From IMG/VR virus record IMGVR_UViG_3300025141_015556: DNA of 64,000 nt, one strand, 5' to 3'. Both the position numbers and the translations under genes were made by a program. The notes under the pieces were generated by a model. It was given only the letters and a program-made list of their open reading frames with translations, was not told where the DNA came from and ran no database searches. The DNA is from a virus. Positions 36,838 through 47,100 of this stretch are shown here, piece by piece; position 1 is the first letter of the stretch; each line of letters starts with the position of its first letter.

Positions 36838-38904
36838 TTATTCTACTACTCTAAATTTAAACTCTTCTGGTTGTTCAACCCAAGAACCGATTGACGGATT
36901 GTAATAGCTAACCCTTATGCCATAGCTATAATCAGATTCTAGAAGATTAATATCTAGATCGAAATAATTGCCAGAAAGATCATGTGATAAATAAGTAGAA
37001 TATTTACTACCGGTTCCATATGGCACCACAAACAAGTCATCAGTGGTCCTCATTATTTTATAAGACGCACTTATTATTGTTTTACTAGGCGTCGTAGCAG
37101 TTGCAACATTATAAATGGTAGGATTCCAATTTTTCTCTCTAACAAAAAATCGAAACCGAGCTGTATCTTTTCTAGAATACTCAGCCCTAAGATTGGTAAT
37201 ATTGGTTACGTATTCAAATGTAGGGGCGATGGTGTGCGCAATTCTCTCTTTTGGTTCAAACGAGCTTGTGAGATAGCGTATGGCCTGTGAAGTGCCAGTA
37301 TGCCATACATCAAAAACAGTTGTTAATGTTTCGCCGACCGTTAATGAATGCCCCCCCGTCAGAGCAAAACTGGCTGAATATACACCTGTCGACATGCGAT
37401 TGCCTGTAATATTAGTGTCGCCGGCAGCGACGACGCCGCCGCCTATGGGCAAATTCAAAGCATCACCGGCGGGAGTAGAAGAGCCAGAATACAAGCTTAC
37501 AAATATTTTATTTGTGGATCCGAGCGTTGGAATATCCACTAAGCGGCCATTTACATAATTATACAAATATATTGAATTTAAATTATCAACGGCGGGTACT
37601 AATGCACTACTAAGAAATGTATTGCCGCGATCATCTTCTGTTCTGCTATCCCACCTAGCTTCAATTACCGGCCTTTTAAAGAAAAATTCCGTCGACCTGG
37701 AGAAGAACTTTTTGGTATAATATGAAACGCTTCCTGATTCCAGCGACTCTATAAGCTTTATTCCTAAACCATAATTAGCATATCCCTCGCCCGGCGCCCC
37801 GCCCCACGCTCCAGAAAACCAATGTTCCATAAGCCCGGTTATATCAATCTCTAAATCTTCATATCCTTTTGAAAAGCTAGCAGTGTAACTAAAATCAGTG
37901 GAAGATGTGTGGTATGAGCCGCCCGCTTGCCATGTGCCCCTATCGCCCGAAGACGAAAGTCCCGCGACAGTAAGATACTGTATTTGATTATAAGGCTGGC
38001 CTTCCGAGTCGGCCGAAATGCCATGGCCGCCTGACTTTTGAATAAGATTGTTTGGGTCTTCACTAACCCAGCCAGAAAATACAGAAGAAGTGATCGCAAC
38101 CCTGGGGCCATCAAGTGATTGACTAGTAACAGTAAAATGGCCATCGGCGTGAGTATCACTAAACGCTTGAGGATAAGTACTAGCAGCATAATCTACCATA
38201 CTCGCGGAAAACATTGCTCCGGAGAGAGCGTGGAAAAATTGGTCCGCAGTCCCCCCGGCAGCACCTGAAACAAAAATCGCATCCGTATCGCATCGTCCAT
38301 CGTTTGAGGCGGTACCGATTTGAAATTTGAAAACATGGCCATCGGCGCCGGTAACAAATATTTTTGATAATTCGCCAAAATTATTGGTAGCGTGCCCCTG
38401 TAAGGAACCAGAGGAAGTATTACCCTTTTGGGGATCTGCCACGAACGATGCTTTGCGGCCTCTTCTCATCCAGTTGGAACCCGATTCGTTGTAAGTTAAA
38501 TCGGTATAGTTATCCATATCAAGTCCGGGGCCCTCTTGCCAGGAGGCAGAAACCGGCAAAAAAACTAATTGAAAATCTTGAGGTAGCGTAAATGGATGTT
38601 CGGCATTAAACATTTTAAGATGGAAAGTAACGCTACCACTTGGAGGGATGCTTCCGGACGTACGACTAGCAGATATTTCTGTTGTCGGAAATTTAATAAG
38701 AATCCGGGACAATTCTCGACTATTTCCAGCGCCGAGGCCTAGGCTATCATTAGTCGAAGAAGCAGACGCCTGTGCGTAAAGCATAAACACTTCTAAAGAA
38801 TCGGCGGCGCCCATATTCGAGCCAGTGCCTCTGGTAACCAAATTTGGCTCAAACGCGTTGGTTACAGTATTATCGGCATCAGCAACCCATCTTTTAATAC
38901 CCAT
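36838..38904 (-). CDS. Virion protein with DNRLRE-like beta-sandwich domain
   Basis: Pattern ADADNTV...SRILIKF...W.EG...NYGLGIKL...FFSR...RPVIEARWD. Located between gp6 and the gp7-like gene. Confidence 0.55.
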   Translation of the reverse strand: MGIKRWVADADNTVTNAFEPNLVTRGTGSNMGAADSLEVFMLYAQASASSTNDSLGLGAGNSRELSRILIKFPTTEISASRTSGSIPPSGSVTFHLKMFNAEHPFTLPQDFQLVFLPVSASWQEGPGLDMDNYTDLTYNESGSNWMRRGRKASFVADPQKGNTSSGSLQGHATNNFGELSKIFVTGADGHVFKFQIGTASNDGRCDTDAIFVSGAAGGTADQFFHALSGAMFSASMVDYAASTYPQAFSDTHADGHFTVTSQSLDGPRVAITSSVFSGWVSEDPNNLIQKSGGHGISADSEGQPYNQIQYLTVAGLSSSGDRGTWQAGGSYHTSSTDFSYTASFSKGYEDLEIDITGLMEHWFSGAWGGAPGEGYANYGLGIKLIESLESGSVSYYTKKFFSRSTEFFFKRPVIEARWDSRTEDDRGNTFLSSALVPAVDNLNSIYLYNYVNGRLVDIPTLGSTNKIFVSLYSGSSTPAGDALNLPIGGGVVAAGDTNITGNRMSTGVYSASFALTGGHSLTVGETLTTVFDVWHTGTSQAIRYLTSSFEPKERIAHTIAPTFEYVTNITNLRAEYSRKDTARFRFFVREKNWNPTIYNVATATTPSKTIISASYKIMRTTDDLFVVPYGTGSKYSTYLSHDLSGNYFDLDINLLESDYSYGIRVSYYNPSIGSWVEQPEEFKFRVVE

Positions 38905-40703
38905 TATTGCACCGATCCTTTAATGTCTGTATCTGCATATTTAAGTTCAAAAATTACATCGCGCTCTGCTTCAATAAATCGGCCGTCCGGCGATAAGGCC
39001 GCCAGCATATCATAGCTCGTCTCAGAATAATTACCACCAGATTTTTCAACTATATTAACACTCAAGACATCAATAATCCCGGGAACATCTTGTAGTGCCT
39101 TATAAATATCGGTTATATATATTGGTTCGCCTATATCTCCCGTCTTGGAAAAGTGATCGCGGAGTGCGGCGTTGGCATTGTTTAATGTTGTATATCTGTT
39201 AACTTCGCGATCTGACATTATCATATACTCTATTCCAAAATTCACTATTTTTGCATCTAGGATATCGATTGTATCGTTGACCATCTTGTATTGTGAAAGC
39301 CATGTTTTTAAATTTATCTTTAAAGTACCGTTAGAGGTAATAAGCTTCCCAGTAGATACATCTTCAGAAACAATATACAAATTCAAATTTCTCTTAAATT
39401 CACTAAAATCTCTTGCCGGCTGACATCGTTTAATTGAACCAAAACTTGCAGGCATCGAATATGTAAGCACTTTATAATCTTCGATTGTTACTGCTCGATT
39501 TTGTGCCGCAAAGTGAGATATAACCCTTTGTCTAACTTCTTCTGAAGATGGCAGACTTATATCACCAATCATCGGAGTCTCGTTTGTCAATTCTAAAGAG
39601 TTTTCTACGGTTGATCTATTTGCGTTGCTAAGTGCGCCAGCATTAGTAAATTTAAAATTCGCATTTGAAACTTCAGTAACGGCATTAACGGCAGCATTAA
39701 CGTCTTGAACCGTATTAATTCTATATACAATCGTTAATGTAGTATTGGCCGGAGCTATACCAAATTTATCTGAGTTGATTAATTTAGTTGGATCGAACTC
39801 TTTGTCCGTAATATAATCGCGACCATGTAGCTGCAATATCACCTCGGACGGATCTGCAATCGATTTAGACAACAGCTCAGAATCAGACCCATACCCAAAC
39901 TGTAAAAAGGTTCTGTCGCCTTCATATTCAACCGTATATCTTCGAGCAACTGGAACAGCCTTTAATATAGAAGGACTATTTCCTCTATCATTGTTATTGT
40001 TCTGTATGGCCTTATATACTATATTTTGAGAAAGATTGTTTACTTCAAAATATTCATGGCCCTCGGAATCCTCTACAGAAATAATCTCCGCTACTTTATC
40101 GGTAGGAAGTTGAAGTTTAAAAAATCTCTGGAAGTCGGCAACATCAACCTCTGTGGTGCTTAGTCGTCCAGATACAACGGTGCCTTGAGCTCTAATAACC
40201 CATGTTTTAGGCTGATTCGTACTGCTGTTAATGGCGCCGGCGACGACTAAATTATTAATATTAGAAAAATTAACATCCTCTAAAAGCGTGTAGGTGCCGC
40301 CGCCAATAGAAGAAAAAGTAGATCCCGCTTTTAAAGTCGGAGCATAATTTAAATCTGGTGTGCCTCCTACGGCCAATGTGGTGGGCACTTCAATATAAAA
40401 AGTTAAGATTCCATACGAAGATGGGCTTGGACTAATTTTAAATCCAAATTGCTTTGCCAATCTTATAACATTATTATATTCAATCGCACTGTCTAAAAAG
40501 CTTTCATTTGCTTGATAGTCTAAATAAAAAGATAGAACGTCTCCAACATAAGAAACCGCATCCAGCATTAACGAGCCAAAACTGGCCTCATTAAAGTCTT
40601 TGTAAGTGTTCGGATAATATCTTTTTGCATAATTTTCTAGATCGCGACGAATTGAATCAAATTCGCGACTTGTGTAATTTATTGGTTGTAGTTTTTTTGG
40701 CAT
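38904..40703 (-). CDS. Baseplate wedge subunit (T4 gp6-like)
   Basis: Motifs INYTSREFDSIR, DFNEASFG...SYVGDVLSFYLD..ANESFL, QFGYG and AQNRAVTIEDY. Confidence 0.9.
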   Translation of the reverse strand: MPKKLQPINYTSREFDSIRRDLENYAKRYYPNTYKDFNEASFGSLMLDAVSYVGDVLSFYLDYQANESFLDSAIEYNNVIRLAKQFGFKISPSPSSYGILTFYIEVPTTLAVGGTPDLNYAPTLKAGSTFSSIGGGTYTLLEDVNFSNINNLVVAGAINSSTNQPKTWVIRAQGTVVSGRLSTTEVDVADFQRFFKLQLPTDKVAEIISVEDSEGHEYFEVNNLSQNIVYKAIQNNNNDRGNSPSILKAVPVARRYTVEYEGDRTFLQFGYGSDSELLSKSIADPSEVILQLHGRDYITDKEFDPTKLINSDKFGIAPANTTLTIVYRINTVQDVNAAVNAVTEVSNANFKFTNAGALSNANRSTVENSLELTNETPMIGDISLPSSEEVRQRVISHFAAQNRAVTIEDYKVLTYSMPASFGSIKRCQPARDFSEFKRNLNLYIVSEDVSTGKLITSNGTLKINLKTWLSQYKMVNDTIDILDAKIVNFGIEYMIMSDREVNRYTTLNNANAALRDHFSKTGDIGEPIYITDIYKALQDVPGIIDVLSVNIVEKSGGNYSETSYDMLAALSPDGRFIEAERDVIFELKYADTDIKGSVQ

Positions 40704-40728
40704 TTGAATAAACTCTAAATATTCTGAT

Positions 40729-40735
40729 TAATTAG
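40729..40735 (-). promoter_or_regulatory. Candidate late promoter CTAATTA
   Basis: 26 nt upstream of ATG 40703. Confidence 0.45.
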
Positions 40736-41136
40736 GTTCCCGATTCACTTATTTGTAAAAATGTTGCTATCTGTAAAGGCAAAATAGTAAAGAATATTGT
40801 CATAGATATAAATGATGGATCAAAGCCTTCGCCGACAGAGGCAGGGTTAAATTCTATATCATCTACGGCTATATAGGGTAAGTATTCTCCCACTTGACTG
40901 TGTATTCTCTCTGTTATATCGGAGTATGTCATGACGGTATTTGGCTGAAATAAATACCCTCTTAGGCCCACCCCAAAGCGCGGCCTCATAATGCGTTCCC
41001 CGGGATTAGTCAGCAGAAGCATCTTAAGATTTTGTTTTGCTAAATCTTCAAAGGTTGTGTTTAAATTATAAGCTCCAAAGGTAGGATCAACCGTTAATGG
41101 CAGCGCTACTGATAATCCTTCATTATTTGTTGGCAT
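40732..41136 (-). CDS. Baseplate gp25-like (GPW/gp25) protein
   Basis: KQNLKMLLLTNPGERIMRPRFGVGL..YLF. Confidence 0.9.
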   Translation of the reverse strand: MPTNNEGLSVALPLTVDPTFGAYNLNTTFEDLAKQNLKMLLLTNPGERIMRPRFGVGLRGYLFQPNTVMTYSDITERIHSQVGEYLPYIAVDDIEFNPASVGEGFDPSFISMTIFFTILPLQIATFLQISESGT

Positions 41137-41157
41137 GTGTCTTTTCCTTGTTTAAAA

Positions 41158-41164
41158 TAAATAG
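41158..41164 (-). promoter_or_regulatory. Candidate late promoter CTATTTA
   Basis: 22 nt upstream of ATG 41136. Confidence 0.6.
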
Positions 41165-41189
41165 GTATTAAAATACGTTTTATTCGGTA

Positions 41190-44100
41190 CTAATTTCCCG
41201 TACCTAATCCCCCACCGCTCAGGTACACTGGCTCTTCCTCTTCGGCGGCAGGTTCGTCTTCTGTGTGCGTTGGCCCCTCGTCTATACAACTGGCATCTTC
41301 TTCGGTCGGCTCATTATCGACTATACCGCCTTCCATATTGTACTCTGGTATCAAATTCAGCAATAAATAAATAATACCGAAGGGCCCTGGTGGCGGGAAG
41401 AACAGGGCGGGTAATGTGCCGGTAAAATCAATCCCATTAATCCCAAAGTGGGGAAACAATCCAGGCGGCGCGGGGGGCTTCAAGCCACCCGGCTCAGCAC
41501 AATTTTCCAGTCTATCCTCTGGAGATTCTCCATTCCACGGCGCCTTATCGAGGTCGACACCAATGCCGCGCAGCTTTCTATTTAATTGACAGAATAGTAG
41601 AAGAATAAGAGATCTAGCATCTATGGTTACTGCGGAGAGGGGTGGAGGAAGCGTCGCCATCGCAGTATCAATAGCATCTATGAGTTGCATCAAAACTTGA
41701 CCTGTGATATCTCTGACTATTTTCCAAATAGCCACATGAGGATCCAGGATCTCTGCCAAGCCCTTAACGATACGAATTGGTGTCATACGTAGCGCATTGA
41801 GTATAAAGCCCTGTGCGTTAAACCCACGGGCCTTCGATCCAGCCATGGCACCCTGTAAGTAATCAATGGTTATTGGCCCTTCGCTTGGTCGCAATCCGGC
41901 GTCTGGTGAACAAACTGCAGTAGCAAATATATTGGCAGCCGTATCCATTGGATCACTAAAGGCTCTAGAGATCTGATTAGAAAATTTCTGTTCTGTTAAC
42001 AAAAAGGAATTCATCAACACTGATGTAAGTACTTGTTGTCTATCGAACACTTTAGTAAAAAACGTTTGAAATATTGGGGAATCTTTAACATTTTGTACAT
42101 GGTTTACCCCTTGCAATTGCATTATATACCCCACGTTTCCTTGGATAGCGGTGTAGCCCGGGGGGGGCCCACTACCGCCCGGGCCGCCGGGAATAGACAT
42201 AGGGTCGCCGCAAGGATCAAGCATCGTGCCGCCGCTGGAGGAGCCCTTAGATAAGAGATCGGCCATCGCCTGATCCAGAATCTCGAGATCGCCCAACATC
42301 GCGTCTCCTAAGCATTGGGTACCACACTCAAATAAAGGAATCCCAACTGTTTTAAAATTATCCAGGGGGGCGACATCCTGTTCATTGCCTCGGCCGGTGG
42401 TATCGCTCAGTGCTAAATATGCCTCTTCAAAATTCAAAATAGAATTAAGTCTATTTACATTTATGTCATCGAACTCTGTCATCGACTCCATTCGTTGCAA
42501 ATGAAACACAGTATCATATAGTGGCCATAACAGGTTATTTTTCGGATCCCCCCAGCCCCCTATTCCAAAGCCTTCGTGCGATGTGGAATCCTCAAAAGGC
42601 GGATAATAAACAAGTTTATAAGTTAGTCGTAAATTTATTAATTGAATTGTGGAGTTCCACACACCGAGGAAGTTGGAATCCCCATCTAGCCATCTAATCA
42701 TTTTTTCTAAAGACATACTTGTCTGATATTTTGGACCAGAATTGGTTTGATAGGCTGCATCCGGATGAGGATTATTTGTAGCGGTTAGTCGCACTTCGCT
42801 TTGAATGTTCTGATAATCGTCGCTGCCGGCATGTGATGAGCCAGGGTAGGGCGAGTCGACCGCAGCGATCGCGATTTGGTCGACCCAATGATATAAATAT
42901 GGAACCGGATCCTCTTCTCCGGTGGTCTTATCGATAAATCTAACTTGATCCCATCTCATAATCTTTTCAAGCTTAAACCCGCCATACCCCATTAAATCAA
43001 TATTTTTTTCTAGCTCTGGATGTATTGCAAGGTGAAGATCCTGGGGCAATCTGGATATATTGTCAACGCCAGCAATAAAAGGTTCAGAAAAGCCTATAAC
43101 ATCCTCAATGAAAACCTCTTCTACTGACTTAGTGGCATTTTTGGAAATTATATTTTGCATAGCCATGGCAGAATCTAATATTCTCTGTATCAAAATATAT
43201 CTAACGGAATTACCCTCCTCCAAGAGTTCGGCTTCATGGCCCGGACCTATTCCCAAAACCTCTAATATGCGGGGATCAAAATTCCGATCCGGGCGATTAT
43301 ATTTTCTTGCTATATAGTTATTGGCAACGTTTGTAAAAACAGTTTCAAATGGGCTGTATTCTGGTCCGAATTGTCCTTCAAGCGCTCTGGGTATATTAAT
43401 ACGAAGTGAAGGATCCTGTATATATGTTTTAAAATTTCTATATATGGAGTTCAACACCTGATCTACAACCGCCGGATTTTGCCACAAATCCTCAAGTTTA
43501 AACGCAGACAATATAAAAACATTTTTAAGAAAGAACTGAGCAATAAATAATTGCATAAGGATCAGAACGGAAGCATACTGAACACAATTTAATACAACTT
43601 TACGCTGCGGAGTACTGTCAGAACAGCTCCCCTCATCATATTCTTGTTGTACTCTCTTTATTATTCCATTAAGGTCCATAAGATCGCCAATTTTTTGAGG
43701 ATCATTTTGGCACTCTGAATTATCTTTTACAAAAACAGCCTTCAACAATTTTGCAGCGGTAAATGTTCCATTTTCTAAACAATAGTTAGTCAATTGTTTT
43801 ACTAGGCCGGCCTGGGCTGAATAGTAATATTGATTTTGAAGAGCATTATAGTATTTATTCGAAGCCGCATTCGCATCTACGGTATCGACTGCGAGGCCGG
43901 CCGTTGAGTCCTGGGATCCGCCCGTCTGGCTCCAGCCAGCAGTCTCAAGTACAGAATAGTCTTTCAAAAACGAATTGAGAGAATTATAGGCCAAACTAGC
44001 AAACGCCCCGGCGCCCGGGTTCGCATTAATATTCTCCCAGCTGCGTCCGAGCCCCGTATCAAAGGCGGCGGGGCCAAAAACGTCAAGAAACTCTGTTTTG

Positions 44101-47100
44101 CTGTATAGTTGTCCATTGCTGGTTACAGCCGGATCGAAATGTCTACCGCCGGTAAAAGAAGTGGTGGTAATGTATTTCTCAGCCGGAAGAGCATTATTAA
44201 TTGTATCATTAGAAAGGTGCTGAATAGTTTGATAGGCGGTGCTCGCGGGAGTGCTGGGCGCTCCTAAAGTATATTGCGTAATGCTGCTTGTTGGCGCGCC
44301 GGCCGGGGTGACCGCGGACCCGGCGCCCATGGATGTGCCTGGTGGCGCTGAAGAACCTTGAAGAGGTACCTCGTCGGCAAGAGTCATTACCGTGCTCATG
44401 TTTTTGGACGACGGAAGCGCGGGCGGCGGCGGATTATCGATCAAGTCGAATTTAGTAGAGTATACATCCCACGATTCGGGACCAGTGGCTTGCGAGAAAG
44501 CGACGGTTTTAGAGAATGTCGGAAACCATTGGAAAGTTTTCTTCGAGTCGAGTTCGAAGAACGGTCTGAGAGTAGCCATGGACGGCATGAATTCATCCAC
44601 TCCCGTGCGGACAGACCGCGGAAACCTATAAGAAACGCTTGGAAGAGGTTTTGTATGATCAAGGTTGGTGAGATCTTCTCCCAGTTGTGTTAATGCCGAA
44701 GCATCAAAATTTTCAAATACCGCGGCCAGTGCATCAAGAACTGCTCGCAAGTTTTCAACACCTCCAAAAACATCCTGAATGTCGGGACATGGGAATTGGG
44801 CTTGGGCCGACTCGGGGTTTTGAAAAAACTCGTTTATATTGTCTTCTAAATTCCCTGCCTGGTCGCTGACCGAGTTGATGCCATTCATCATATCTTCGAA
44901 GGCCTCACTAATATCGTCCATAAGAGGCCCAGGATCCGGTGGGTCGGCCTCCTCGAACTGCCCCTGGCCCTCCAGGCCGGCGGCGCACATGGCTATGTTC
45001 TTATTTTGACCCATCACCGGCTCTAATAAAATTGATTTTGTTGCTTCGGCTGCAAAATAAAGCGGGCCGGCTACAGCCTCCACCAAAGTACTAATAAGTT
45101 GTGGAATTGAATGATCTACTAGTGGGTTGGGAATATAATTCGGCTTTATGGGGCAAGTCAAATTAATATCGGGTATCGGTATTTCAAGCCCATTTTCTAA
45201 CATATCCAGAAGATTATCAATATTTTCTCTGTCAACGCTGTTTAGTACCTGTTCCTCTGTCAAACAAAGATCATCTAACCTTGGAGCTATACCATCTAAA
45301 ACCTCTTCACACATGGAGGACGTATCTATAAGATTGCCCAAGCAACTGAAGAAAGTGCCAACTAGTGAAGTGGAATTTAAGCTGTACCTGATTTGGTTCT
45401 CTGCATACAAGGCACTAAAATTTGTCACCTCGTTTAATACTAGGGAAGTGGCGGTACCCTTTAGAAGCTGACACAACTCAGAGGGCCTTAATATTCCTGA
45501 AACATCAGAAAGATATTTCATGCCCACATCTTGCGAAATTAAAAAGTCTGAAAAACAAGCAGCCGACCCTACGGGTTGTCCCAGTAGACTTGGTTCATTG
45601 AGTCTAGGATCTTTCGCTTTAAACATATTGGCTAAATTTAATTGCCCATAGTCGCCCGAGCCGGCCAGATCTTTTTCGGCGCATGCTTCTCTTATAAGTT
45701 CAACTATGCCCATCACCAAGCCTTTAACTATGCCCAATAACACGTCAATTAGCATTTTTCGTATCATTTCATGTATGTTTCCGTCAATAGAAAAAAAGCT
45801 TAAATCAATTTCTAATGTGGGCATTTTAGGCACTTTTGGTTTTCTTGGTTTTTCAAAAAAGTTTTCTGCATTTGATATAAAATCTTTTATATCCGATCTT
45901 ATATCATTAAATTGAAAAGTAGAATTAAATATTAAACATCGAAGAGCCTCTTTTATGAGCATGTCGAGACCCGTCTTATTGAGCACCTCTTTAAAAATTT
46001 GCATACCCTCGGAATTTTGAAATTCCCTCATCTTATTCATTACTTTTTTAACAGCATCTTCAACATCTTTTTCCGTACGTTCCAACTCGGTACTTAAAAT
46101 AAATTCTTGATTTGTGGGGTCATGGAGAACGGCCGTCCGGGCTCGCAGTTGGGGGAAAGTTAGATGTAAGGTTTTAGTTCCCGCGGGGATTTTTGCAATA
46201 GTGCCGTCACCTAAAACGGCGCTCATGCCCTCCTCTGGGATATCAACCGCCTGGGCAAGTCCGTAGCTGGCCAAAGTTTCTAACACCTCTCCGGCTGGGG
46301 CGGTATGCGATGGGCCACAATATAATATGTGATATGTTCGCATTACAGAGTTGGCAATTCTGTTTATAAAAAATTGAAATTTTCTAGAGGGAGACTCCGA
46401 GTTTAAACCTCTTGATATAGACAACATGTCTCCCCACCTGTTTAAATAAACCATAGTCTGGAAATTTGTAAACGGTTCCGAATCCAGCGCTGATAAATAA
46501 CCAACTACTACTTGCCTGTGGATACCGGTTCTAGACATAAGCATGCTTATAATTTGATACCGATCATTAAATATTATCTGGATGTCGTCTTCGGGTGTTG
46601 GGTTTTCAAGCCCATTCAAAGACAATAGATTTCCTAACGACGAAATCGTTTCAGAAAGTCTCAGCGACTCCTGTTCAAGATTCATTCCGGGTGTTATTTG
46701 ACCATCAAATTCTTTAATTTGAGTGTCGTACATGCCCATAAGTTGGTTTATTGTTTGCAACTCTGAATCAACAGCCGACCAGTTTAAAATCAGTGCGGAG
46801 GGGGTGTTGCCGGGGGCGCTCAAGACAATTTGGCGAGATTCATTCCAATAATCCAGCGCATACGAAAAATTAGGAAAGTAGGGGAAAGAAGTAAATTCAA
46901 GAGTAGTCACCTTTTCGCCCAAATGTCTTTCCCGCAGAGTCAAAGTATCGTCGGGGCAAATTTTTGTAAGAGGAAGAGACTCTAAGAAGTTGGGGTCTAA
47001 AAATTGTGCAAGCTCGTCTCTTCTTATCCAAGACGGATTCTGGAAAATGGGATTATCAATAGATCGATTGGCGAGAGCCATTGTTTCGCTCATTCCAACA

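Noticed and set aside
27677-42167. G8 homopolymer tracts (27677-27684, about 42160-42167) as phase-variation switches
   Set aside because: They encode Pro runs in low-complexity linkers, the frames are intact, and they are short.
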